A program made the position numbers and the translations under genes. A stretch of DNA of 61,555 bases, counting the filler, from Collodictyon triciliatum (taxonomy: Eukaryota), in NCBI GenBank assembly GCA_043381765.1. It is 3 parts of 3 records of this genome, joined end to end, with 100 filler letters (N's around TTAATTAATTAA, not from the genome) between each part and the next. Parts side by side here need not be neighbours in the genome. Positions count along the whole stretch, not along the records: positions 1 to 28,970 come from JBHJMP010000969.1; 2 more parts are not named here. One strand, 5' to 3'. Below, one piece after another: positions 1 to 16,057 of the stretch (position 1 is the stretch's first letter; each line of letters begins with the position of its first letter). Below the pieces are notes generated by a model, which saw only the letters and a list, made by a program, of their open reading frames with translations, made no database searches and had not been told where the DNA came from.

Positions 1-160
1 AACAACAATAATAATAACAATAATAATAACAACAATAATAATAACAATAATAACAATAATAACAATAACAATAATAACAATAATAACAATAATAACAACA
101 ACAATAATAACAACAACAATAATAACAACAACAATAATAATAACAACAACAATAATAATA
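1..160. repeat. Compound (AAC/AAT)n microsatellite
   Basis: Directly visible. Confidence 0.95.
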
Positions 161-604
161 GAAACAGTAATAGCAATAGTAATATTAAACGATTGATTGG
201 ATTGCAACAGTGCACGAACCGAGCGGCCATTCCCTGGGCTTTGTGGTTTTGCAAATACTTTTTTTTTCTTCGGTGCGTGCTGACCCTTTGCTGCATGGTC
301 TTGTTTGGGTCGTGATGGGCTACTTTCTCATGAGGTAAGACAAAAGGAACCGATGACATGGCGTGATACAGATGGAATGATGACGAGGGACTGGCTTCGG
401 GGGTGCCGAGAGCGGCGATAAGGTGAGTGAGGATGATTCAAGAGGGCAGATATTTATTGGCGTGGGGCGTGGGGCGTGGTATCTTCTTTTTCTTACATGG
501 GGTTCTCATACAATGCCTTCATCGCTTGTCATGGGAGAGAATGATTGACGTGGTTCGTGATAGAAAGCATGCAAGAAAGAGAGGGAACACCGAAAGACGG
601 GGAC

Positions 605-666
605 AGGGCAAAGACAAAGACAAAGACAAAGGCAAAGGCAAAGGCAAAGGCAAAGGCAAAGGCAAA
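605..666. repeat. (AAAGAC)n(AAAGGC)n hexamer repeat downstream of importin-alpha
   Basis: Directly visible. Confidence 0.9.
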
Positions 667-741
667 TGCAAGGGAAACAAAGAGAAGACAATTGGGGCGC
701 ATAAATCAGACTTAACTGTCTGGCTAAGAGCGCCAGTTGAC

Positions 742-3521
742 TTAGCTGGAGAAGTCAAAGTCATCGCGCGGCTGGTTGGTGCCAAAGCCGTATCCATCTC
801 CCTCTGTGGCCGGGGCAAGGCCGGCGTCCTCTTCCTCTTCGATGTCAAAGTATTGCTCCAGCAGCCGAACGACGCGCTCATAAATCTCCTGCGCGTGGGG
901 ATGAAAAGAAACGGTTTTGTGTTGTGAGTCTATGAAAACGGTGTGGCTCTTGGAGGACATGAGTTTGGCGGGAATTAAGTCGCTGGTTCGCATCCCTTGT
1001 TTAGTCGCAAGTTAAGCAGATACACAGCGAGCCAAACAAGTGTCGCAGAGTAAATGTGATAAAAAGAAGTGCCTGATTTTGATGGTGCTGCAGCTGCTCC
1101 AGTCGGTCAATCCCACCAGCCTCCTCAATCACGCTAACAACAGGATTGAACCCAGTCGTGTCAACTTCTTTGGCACCCACACGAAGCATGTTTTCCAGAC
1201 CCTCCAAGGCGACGTTGACAATGCGGGCATCTTGCACAGCGAGGATTTCACACAGAGGCCGGATGGCTCCGATGTTGGCAACCAACTTGATTTGCTCGTC
1301 AGTTCCTCCGGAGGTGGCGTTGGAGATAGCCCAGGTGGCTTCTTTCTGGACATCAAAGTCTGGAGAGCTCATCAATTGAACGACATGCGGAAGAACGTTT
1401 GCTTGGATGACAGACTGGTAAAGTGGAAATGTCACGTCAGAAGAAAGCAAAACTGAAGGTCAGGGCAATGGATTCCTACTTCAATACAAAAATAGATACT
1501 GCATCAACAGGATGTATAAAGGCGTTCAATGATAATACTTGGATTTGCTCAGCGTTTCCAGCAGTAATGTTCGAAATGGCCCAGCAGACTTCCTTTCTGA
1601 TTCCCTTCTTTGGTGAGGAGAACAAAGGAATCATGTTTTGCAGCGCGTTGCAGTTAATGACCACCTGGGTCTGCAGGTCATCACCGGTGACAATATTACC
1701 CACACATCGCAAGGCTGGTGTCTGGACATTGGTATTTGGGTGTCTATAACATATACATTAGCAAATAATCAGAGTTAATTATCTGAAAAACACCACAGAC
1801 CACCAAGCAAGGACTGTTTTTGTTATTATCAAAAGAATTAAATTCAAAGGTGTGGCGACCTTAGCAAGTCAACGAGACGGGGAACAACGCCTCCTTGGAT
1901 GACAGCCTGAATGCGTTCATTGGGTCCGTCTGACATGTAAGAGAGAGCCCAGCAGGCGTCGGTCACAATCTCATCATCTTGGTGGTGAATGAGGCGAGCC
2001 AGGGTGTCCAGACACGGTAGGACCTGCGGTTGATTAATGAAAAAGTCGAAATTAAAATTCCGAATCATCATCGATAGTATGAATGTCATGTCACATGGTT
2101 TCAGCGAGTATTATTTTCCTAGAAGATATAAATTGCTTTTAAGACGAGAAAAATTTGCATAGAAAAAAATGGGACTAAAAGACTGAAAGAAATCAACGGA
2201 AAAAAAAAAACAGTAAAAACAAAAAGAGAACAAATTGAGCACCTGCTGCAAATTCGGCTGGGGTTTTCCTCGGCAGAGATTGGACAACGCCCACGTGGCA
2301 TTCCTAAGCAGCGAAACCTTCCTATTCTCCGAGAGGATTTGCAGGATTGGAGCCAGAATACCAGCATTCAAGACTAGGTCACGGTACTGTGGACAGTCAC
2401 CAGCGATGTTTCCAAGCGCCCAAATTGACTGCTCGCAAACATCTTCGTTTGGAGAGTTGAGCAACTGGATAAAGTATGGCACAGCGTTGTTTTCCACGAC
2501 GACACGAGTGTGTTCTGAGAGACCAGAGGCGATGTTCGTCAGAGCCCACGCAGCCTCGAACTGAACGGCCACATCCAAGATTCATAGATATCAATTCATA
2601 TGTTACTTTTTAAGACAAGAATAAGCTGCTGCGTCTTGATAAAAGAGCTTGATTTTGGATGCGACTGTTCAATAGCTAATATTTTTCATTGGATAAAATG
2701 AAGGAGTCACCTGCAGCTGGGGATTCTCAACCCTCGCAAGATAAGTCACAAGAATCGGCACGATTCCAGTGGCTATGACCTCTGCAATGGGTGGGTTACG
2801 CTCTGTGGCAAGATTGTGAACGAGTCAGTAAGAACACAGGCAAGAGTGACAGAAACGGAAGACAGAGGGGAATAAGCTCTTGCAACAGAAGCCAATAAAG
2901 CCATGTTCAACAAGAAGCACGAAGCCAAGTATGAAGAGTAAGTTAGAATGTTTTTTCAAGAGAAGGGTGGAAGGGAGTGCAAAAGAAAGCCACTGTAGCA
3001 AGTACAATTGATATACACACAGATAAGAAAATCAGCGCTGCACCAGGAAAAGCAGAAAAGCAGAAAAGCAGAAAAGCAGAAAAGCAGAAAAGCAGAAAAG
3101 CAGAAAAGCAGAAAAGCAGAAAAGCAGAAAAGGGGAAAAGAAGAAAACCAAAAAGCAGAAAAGCAAAAGCCTGACCGATGGAAAGAATTCGGCGGAAGTA
3201 GTTTGTCGCCTGGAGCTGAGCAGCAGGGTCTGGCGAAGCGATCAAAGCGGTGTTTTGCGGGATTTCTGCGACTGTAGCGCGGCTGGCTGTGGCTGGGACA
3301 GCAGTTGTTTGATTCATGCCTGCAGCTGCGGGAAACATCGCCTGCGGAACGAGTCCCTGATCGCTGCTTTCGCTTGTGGGGATTTGGCGGCGCTTGTTGA
3401 TAAGATCGTCCTTCTTCTGCTTGCGGAGGATGATACTGTCTTCCTCGCGCTTGCGAAGGGAGTCTTCCACAACAGCTGTCTTCTTGTGATCCTTGCGGCG
3501 GTCAGTAACTTGGCGAGACAT
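742..3521 (-). CDS. KPNA: Importin subunit alpha (karyopherin alpha), 7 exons
   Basis: ATG at 3521. IBB domain (RRKDHKK...[14 protein letters not shown]) followed by ARM repeats ([84 protein letters not shown]). Exons join in frame via 5 GT-AG introns and 1 GC-AG intron; TAA at 742. Confidence 0.97.
3047..3132. repeat. (GCAGAAAA)n octamer repeat in importin-alpha intron 1
   Basis: About 10 tandem copies. Confidence 0.95.
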
Positions 3522-4108
3522 GGCTTCAGAAGTGTGGACAAGGCTTCCTGGTGAGGATAATTGGCAGATTACTTTGTGTTGCTTTGCAAGAGCCTTTCTT
3601 CCATTAGTGCGCTTTGATTTGCAAATCAGCAGGATGCTCTTGGGCTGTTTGTTGTCTGTGTGCTTTTGCAAGGCTTGGTTGTTCCTGTGATTTTGATTAT
3701 TGGGCAGCTACGCGGAGGCTTTGCGAGATTTGAAATTGCTGATTAATCGTACTTTCGCCACACACGAACACACTAGGACATATTATCCGCATTTGGTAAT
3801 AACTCTTGTATACAAATATATATGCCCTAAAATAGTGTGTGCCATTAAGTTCAAATATCCCAAAAGTATAAATACCAATTAGAAAATTTGAATAATCTCA
3901 TTATTATGGGATGGGTAGATCTCCAAGAAAGGTGTGTGGACGACGAGATACCGAATCTATGAGGGGAGCCACCTACCAACTTGTGGGTCTGAAATGTCAA
4001 TAGTCAATTCATATACCGGACATGAACCACCGTATTTCCTCCGCTTTTTTTTTCGGCGTTTCCCCGTTTATTGTTTGGGCAAAGGAGGCTTTCAAAAGGG
4101 CAGGAAGC

Positions 4109-8808
<4,700 letters not shown>

Positions 8809-9383
8809 GAATCAACGAAGTGAGAAACCTTTCGCGCGTGCAGAAGGGAATCTAAATAAACGACGAAAAAAAATAGAATAATTAGCAGGCAGAGGCAAGA
8901 AGGGAAAAACGAAAAATGAAAAAAGAATGAGTTGGCGGAAAGGAACAAAGATTCGTCGTTTTCATAAGCACTATCACTTTCCGACTGTTTCAGCCATTTG
9001 TCTGATGACCTTCAATACTGCAGCGACCCAACCCAAAAGAAAAAGCCTTTTGTCATAGATCGCTTCTAAAAACGCTGGCGAAGACTTCTGTTTTTGAAAG
9101 TGGGCAGATCGCGAACACAAAAAACAGAGTCACCAAATCGAGCACTCATACCTTTTTTAATAGCGTCCGAACACGCGAACAACACGTCGGATTCGGTATT
9201 TGGCCTTCCTGCTTTATGTGGACAAAGGGCGCAAGACTGGATGCTGGAACCGCAGAAAGCAAACGCGTGCGATGCAAACGACAGGCTTTAATCATGCCGG
9301 ATGAAAAAAGAAAAAAGTAGGGTCGCCGGAAAATATTGAAAGAAAAAGAGAATAGATTTGGGAACTTTGGCAGGATTTCTATC

Positions 9384-11067
9384 CTACGGAGAATAATGGC
9401 GAGTCAGAAATCGCAGAACAACAGAGGCAAAGGCACCATTCTGCTCAGAGACTACAGCATGAGTAGCACGCGAGACATCTGCAGTTTCCGCGTGCGGCAC
9501 GGCAGATGCAAAAGCCTGCGCCCCGTCAGAAGAAAGCACGTCAGAACGCGCACCTCTGACAAGAAGCACGGGTTCAGTCAGTCCCTGGGCGGCTTTCAAA
9601 GCTGCGACGCGCACCGGACCTTCCTGCCCAAGAGACTTCATAAAGTGTTCTGCCCACAGCCTCACCATCACGGGGTCCCAATGCCAGACCAGCCGCGACG
9701 GGTCTTTCGGGTGCGGGCGCAAGTTTCGCCTCAAGCCAAGGGCACTTGATGCTGATTTTGCTTTCCCGCTTGGTGTCTTTTCATTCCCGTTGGAATCTCC
9801 TGTGTGTGAGCGAAACTTGGCCACTAAGGCGTGCGCTTCCTCCAGCGTGCGAAACCCGTCTGGAGACGATTGCATGAACCCCAGAATACGCTCCACACCG
9901 TTCATCTCCACGTCGGGTGCGATGTCCACAAGCACAAGTGCTGCGGTTTTGGCTGGTGGAGAGAGAATCCGTGCCGCNNNNNNNNNNNNNNNNNNNNNNN
10001 NNNNNNNNNNNNNNNNNNNNNNNNNNNNNNNNNNNNNNNNNNNNNNNNNNNNNNNNNNNNNNNNNNNNNNNNNNNNNNNNNNNNNNNNNNNNNNNNNNNN
10101 NNNNNNNNNNNNNNNNNNNNNNNNNNNNNNNNNNNNNNNNNNNNNNNNNNNNNNNNNNNNNNNNNNNNNNNNNNNNNNNNNNNNNNNNNNNNNNNNNNNN
10201 NNNNNNNNNNNNNNNNNNNNNNNNNNNNNNNNNNNNNNNNNNNNNNNNNNNNNNNNNNNNNNNNNNNNNNNNNNNNNNNNNNNNNNNNNNNNNNNNNNNN
10301 NNNNNNNNNNNNNNNNNNNNNNNNNNNNNNNNNNNNNNNNNNNNNNNNNNNNNNNNNNNNNNNNNNNNNNNNNNNNNNNNNNNNNNNNNNNNNNNNNNNN
10401 NNNNNNNNNNNNNNNNNNNNNNNNNNNNNNNNNNNNNNNNNNNNNNNNNNNNNNNNNNNNNNNNNNNNNNNNNNNNNNNNNNNNNNNNNNNNNNNNNNNN
10501 NNNNNNNNNNNNNNNNNNNNNNNNNNNNNNNNNNNNNNNNNNNNNNNNNNNNNNNNNNNNNNNNNNNNNNNNNNNNNNNNNNNNNNNNNNNNNNNNNNNN
10601 NNNNNNNNNNNNNNNNNNNNNNNNNNNNNNNNNNNNNNNNNNNNNNNNNNNNNNNNNNNNNNNNNNNNNNNNNNNNNNNNNNNNNNNNNNNNNNNNNNNN
10701 NNNNNNNNNNNNNNNNNNNNNNNNNNNNNNNNNNNNNNNNNNNNNNNNNNNNNNNNNNNNNNNNNNNNNNNNNNNNNNNNNNNNNNNNNNNNNNNNNNNN
10801 NNNNNNNNNNNNNNNNNNNNNNNNNNNNNNNNNNNNNNNNNNNNNNNNNNNNNNNTATCCCACAGACACGAGTGCCTCAGCTGTTTCTTGCCACGAATGA
10901 CGGGTTTGCCCGCCGCCGTGAAGGAGAATAACCGGGCGGCGATCCCAATGGCCAGCGACCGAGCCGCGTAGCCGCATTCCGTTGGGCAAAAGCCACTCGG
11001 CCCTGTGCTGAATGCCGCGTGTGTGTTGCATCTGCGTGCGGACCAGTGTTGTGAAGCGGCCAAGCAT
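9384..11067 (-). CDS. Alpha/beta-fold hydrolase, bacterial BpoA/BpoB-like; interrupted by an N gap
   Basis: The N-terminal part has PVILLHGGGQTRHSW. The C-terminal part has LVLVDIAP...GVERILGFM, DGFRTLEEA, GLRRNLR...WHWDP, PVLLVRGARSDVLS and ATHAVV (catalytic His). The nucleophile region falls in the 9978-10855 gap. No introns in the sequenced parts; TAG at 9384. Confidence 0.88.
9978..10855. other. Scaffold gap (878 N) inside the hydrolase gene
   Basis: Run of N without the stop-codon linker. The flanks are collinear parts of one protein. Confidence 0.98.
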
Positions 11068-11324
11068 TCCGGTTGGTGTTTTGTCGGCTGTTTACGTCCA
11101 GGAACGCTTGCGCCTCGGGCTGAGTCAGAAAGGGCAGTTGTCAGCGCACTGGCGTGTGACTCCTTTCATTCCGCCGTGGTTAATTTCGATCATGCGCTGT
11201 TTGAATTGGGATATGACGATTACGAGCTACTTCGATTTGTAGTATTTATTTCGTTTTGTCTTCCAGGTTTTCAGTTGTCTTAATTTCTTCATACTTGATT
11301 TCATTGCACTCCGTTCGTTTTTTA

Positions 11325-12005
11325 ATTGGGTTTTTGTTGGTTTTTATTGGTTTTCATAGGTTTTTTATTGGTTTTATATTGGGTTTTTTTTATTGGTTTT
11401 TATATTGGGGGTTTTTTATTGGTTTTATATTGGTTTTATATTGGTTTTATATTGGTTTTATATTGGTTTTATATTGGTTTTATATTGGTTTTATATTGGT
11501 TTTTTATTGTCTTTATATTAGTTTTTTGTTGGTTTTTTGTTGGGGTTTTTTATTGGGGTTTTTTATTGGGGTTTTTTTGGTTTTTAATTGGTTTTTCTAT
11601 TGGGTTTTTATATTAGGTTTATATTAGGTTTATATTGGTTTTATATTGGGGTTTTTTATTGGGGGTTTTTATTGGGTTTTATTGGGTTTTATTGGGTTTT
11701 ATTGGGTTTTATTGGGTTTTTATTGGGGTTTTATTGGGGTTTTTTTAATTAGTTTCTTATTGGGTTTTTATTGGGTTTTTATATGGTTTTTATATTGGTT
11801 TTTCTATTGGGTTTTTATATTAGGTTTATATTGGGTTTTTATATGGTTTTTATATTGGTTTTTCTATTGGGTTTTTATATTAGGTTTATATTGGGGTTTT
11901 TATTGTTTTTATATTGGGTTTTTTATTGGGGGTTTTTATTGGGGGTTTTTATTGGGGTTTTTTATTGGGGTTTTTTATTGGGGTTTTTTATTGGGGTTTT
12001 TTTTA
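11325..12005 (+). repeat. Degenerate T/G-rich tandem repeat (TTATTGG(G)(G)TTT / TTATATTGGTT units, almost no C)
   Basis: Directly visible. It includes a ~60-bp higher-order unit (..ttatattggtttttctattgggtttttatattaggtttatattggg..) duplicated around 11770-11895, with a partial copy near 11590-11640. Confidence 0.9.
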
Positions 12006-12164
12006 TTGATGAGCTAAAAGCCAGACATTTCGGAGACTGTTTTTGTTTTCGTGCGGTTCAAATCGCCTCAAAAAGTCAAACATACGGCTGAAAGCACAAA
12101 ACACGCTCTGGCTATCGCAACTGAAGTATTCCTTTTCCGCAGATCGCACAAGTCAAAAGGCACA

Positions 12165-15100
12165 ATGGCAAGTCACGAAAGCATCCGCATCGTTATGAGC
12201 GGCAACGAAAGCCTGAGCTCAGCTCGCGCAGTTAAGATTGGAGGAAACTGGGACGAGTTCATTTCCAACGTATGATCAGTTTTCTTTCCTTTTTTCTTTT
12301 CTTTTTTCTTTTTTTCTTTTTTTCTTTTTTCTTTTCTTTTTTCTTTTCTTTTTTCTTTTTTCTTTTTTCTTTTTTCTTTTCGGTTCTCTTAATAAAGTCC
12401 ACAGATCAGAGAGGTATTCATGTTCCCAGCAGCCATGACCATCCAACTTTTCAGCAATACTGGGGCTCAGGTTGATAGGACCCCATTTTAATAAATCATC
12501 CATGCGTGTGTTTTTTTAGTAGTAATGATCACTTATTATATCCCTAAAGGTTGCCACCTACCTTGATGCTCAAAGCCACGCAGCTTTGATTGTGTGCCTT
12601 GAAGAAGAGGAATTCAACGCTTCGCAAGGATTAGTCGATGGTAAGCAAAGACTCGCACACACCTCACCTATGCATATATTTCCAAGAAAAATTAATAACA
12701 CCATATCCCTCATATTCCAGACATTGAAACATCAAAAGTGAACGTCTCATGCCTAAGTTAAAGTGATTTAATCTAGAAATCGTAAAATTTGAGCGGGACA
12801 CACTGATGGATATTTACTCGCCTATCAAAGAAACATTCAAGGAATATCAAACTGCATTAGAAGTGATCGACATTGCTATCAGCAGCCTTGATGCGGTAAG
12901 CCAGTGTATAGAGAACCAGTTTGAAGTTCAAAATAAAAAAAATAGGCAAGAAAAAAAGGAAGAAGAACGGTTTATGTTATTTCTTGTTCGCTAGAAAGAA
13001 AATATTTACGGAAGATAGAGAACTCATTTTTAAAATAGTAATAATAATTATAATTCCAACATCATTAGTCATTTTCCGAGGTGAAGTCTACAATTTCAAA
13101 GTCTTTTGATGATATCACCCAAGCAATAATGAAAAGACGGGACCAGTTGATATCCGAGCTGGAAGATATCAAAAAGAAAAAAGGTATAATTGCTGGGCTA
13201 CTTTTATATGTTTTTCCTTCAGAATATACACTGTATCGACACGAATATTTGTTATTGTGAGGCATGTAATTAATAAAGCTCCTCTTAATTTAATTTTATC
13301 TGTACGACACTATAAAGGTGAAGCCTCTATCTAACTCATGAACCCTTTTCTTAAACTTTCGACTCTTCAAGCTTCAAATCTTTCAGCGCAGAAAAAAGCA
13401 ATTGTGGACATATCTGGGAACTCGCGACAATATGCGACTTTAGAAAGCAAAATTAATGCCAAGGCAGGACTGGATTTCGGGGCCATCCATAGCCAACTAA
13501 AATCTATGAAGGAGGTGCGTTGTAGTTGCAAAAATTTTAATCATAAATTGTGTTAACCATTCAGCAAAAAACAGCCTGGATTAATCTTTGTGAAACTTTA
13601 CGCAAATTCCCTGTCCAGAGTTTCGAGAAATCATCATTGTCGCTTTCGCCGTGCGAAGATAATTCTCTCGGTGTCGATCTACCGAATAATCTCTATGAAC
13701 CTATTGCGACGTATGGCCGAGTTTTCTGGACCGAAGGAAATGAGTCTGCACGAAAAAATCCGGAGGCAGCAGTACGTAATCACACATGTTGCTAGGATTT
13801 CTATTGCAAAGGAAGCATCAAAATTGAGGATGTACCACACTGTTCTTTCTTTCCACCTACTAAATCGTATCTTGAATTCTTTTAAGGGGGCTGAGAATAC
13901 ACATGTTCACCGTATGACTTAGAAATTAGCCATATTTTCTTCCCTTTTTTTTTTATCTACGTATTATAAAATTCAAAAATTGTGTTTCGTTTTGTTTTGC
14001 TAGGAATTCTCACTTGCATTAACGGGTTTATCTACAGATACTTTTGGGCACATACGCGTAGACATAGAGGGAGGACCTTACCACACTTCTGAGATAGTCA
14101 TCACAGCATCATCTTCGAGCACTAATATCGCACATTTTACTTACCAGTGGCAGAGACAAGAACCCAACTCGACATTTTCTCCCATAATTGGTACGCGAGC
14201 TAATATGGAATGATGATTCATGTGCACATTTTATACTATAAGGTAGCATTCAAAAAGAAAAATTCACAGAAAAAAATTCACCGCCTTTGCATGCTTATCA
14301 AATTAAAGGGGCTACAAAGTCGAAATACCAACCAACTGCAAACGACCTGCACGCCAACCTACGCGTTGATGTTACCCCTATTACCGAAACTGGCATGAAA
14401 GAAAAAGTCTTATCTGTCGATATTCCAACCACGATGCTTACTTTAGGTAAATCTTTCCTGAAAATATTCTATAAAAGAATGAAAAACAAAAACAGAGGGC
14501 TATCTTTTATTCTAAGAAGGATATTTTAGAAAAAAGAAACAAATGACACCAGCCACTCGACTCGTTGAAATTTAATTACAAATCAATTACTTAATACCAA
14601 AATAGATGCAAATGTAAAAGAAGCTGTGGAGAATAACATTTTTCATGGAGAGTGCATCTTTGATGTAAGTTTTGTTCTTTTTTCTTACATGGCAAACTAT
14701 TTTCTATCTACACCATATATGGCGATGAGGATATCATGATGTTTATCAAAGTGAGTCATTCATTATGAAAAAATACACACAGCTCTACAGGAGGCAAACG
14801 AGTGCCCAGTTGCCTGAAGAACGAAGCCTGTGGTTTTCCTTGGAAGGTCTGTCTATAAAAAAGGATGAGCAACTAATGAGCTTACATGAATATGGGCTAG
14901 GGATTCGGGTAAAGTCAAAGTTACATGATTTTAATGTTAAAAAAAAAAAAAGAATAGAAGTAATCATAATCATTACACCATTTCAAAAAAAAATTGGCTC
15001 ACCGTCACACCTTGTGACCAAAAAGAATCATGTGATATGTTTCCTCATGTTTCTAGTAGTGTAATATACATTTCCAATTTTAATACATGCGCCAAAGACT

Positions 15101-15584
15101 GCTACATGTCTAATTCCAAATTTTATGGTTGTATCTTTTCCTATCTCTTGCTTCGTGTTCTGTCCATATATTTCTTCAACACGAAGGCAATCCTACCCGT
15201 CTCCGACCCTAATCTACTCATCCTGCATCTCGACTCTGGCCTTGTTGAAGAACTCATATGTCCTTCCGCGCTCTATCGCGACATTCTTGCCATCACCATT
15301 CGCTCCTTCAACACAATAAGCATGGTCTGTGTCGAAATAGATATTCCTACAACCGCCCTTTACTTTTCAATTTATTTTTATCTCTCTTGTTTATTTTATT
15401 TTGTTTGAACGAGTCCCGCTACGTATCTGTTAGTGTACGCATCGACACTTTCAACGACATTAGTCGAAAACAAACTCTAATAATTCGCTGTCCGCTCATT
15501 ACCTTGGTACAGATGAAGAAGGGATTGAGAATACCCACTCTGAAGCCCCTGGAAAAAATCCACGAGCCCAGCGCCTCCCACTAG
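12165..15584 (+). CDS. Uncharacterised multidomain protein: DCX/KHA-like ubiquitin fold, coiled coil, Ig (AIR9/SCAB-type) domain and PH-like domain, ~12 exons
   Basis: Exons join in frame via GT-AG introns: MASHESIRIVMSG..NWDEFISN/IREVFMFPAAMTIQLFSNTGAQ/VATYLD..LIVCLEEEEF; SFSEVKSTISKSFDDITQAIMKRRDQLISELEDIKKKK; IEGGPYH..FTYQWQRQ..IIGATKSKYQPTANDLHANLRVDVTP; ..CPSALYRDILAITIRSFN; TAG at 15584. The gene is well supported; the domain names are my inference. Confidence 0.75.
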
Positions 15585-16057
15585 GCCCTCTCCAGAAAAC
15601 GGACGCCATAAAACAGTCGCCCGACAAACTATTAATTGGAAGAAAGAAAAAAAAGTGACCATTGATGCCCACAATAGAAAATATTATGGAACTTAATATT
15701 ACTTGCAGAATATCTTTTCTACCGATGCTGTGCTTAAATCAAATTAGATTACGACGTTACTCAGTATTTTAGAAACCATATCGACGCAGAACTAAACGCT
15801 TTGACTGGGTTTGTGCAGAGGTGTGCTTACAAACAGGATGATTGCACGGTTGGATGCTGTGGAAGTAAACCCACGATTTCATGACAGACATCCACATCAA
15901 CTCCGCAAAATAGGGCAAACGCAAGAGAGGGGAGTAGCGCAGAAACGACACGCTTTCTATTCAAACAATCACATAGTCCAAGTATTATTTCTTTTTCGAG
16001 CTTGAGCGCGTTTGTCGGCGAAATAGTGGGGAGCAGCTACCTCTTTCTTGATTTAAG

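Noticed and set aside
11256-12091. Phe/Trp/Gly-rich 'membrane protein' ORFs
   Set aside because: Translations of the T/G-rich tandem array.
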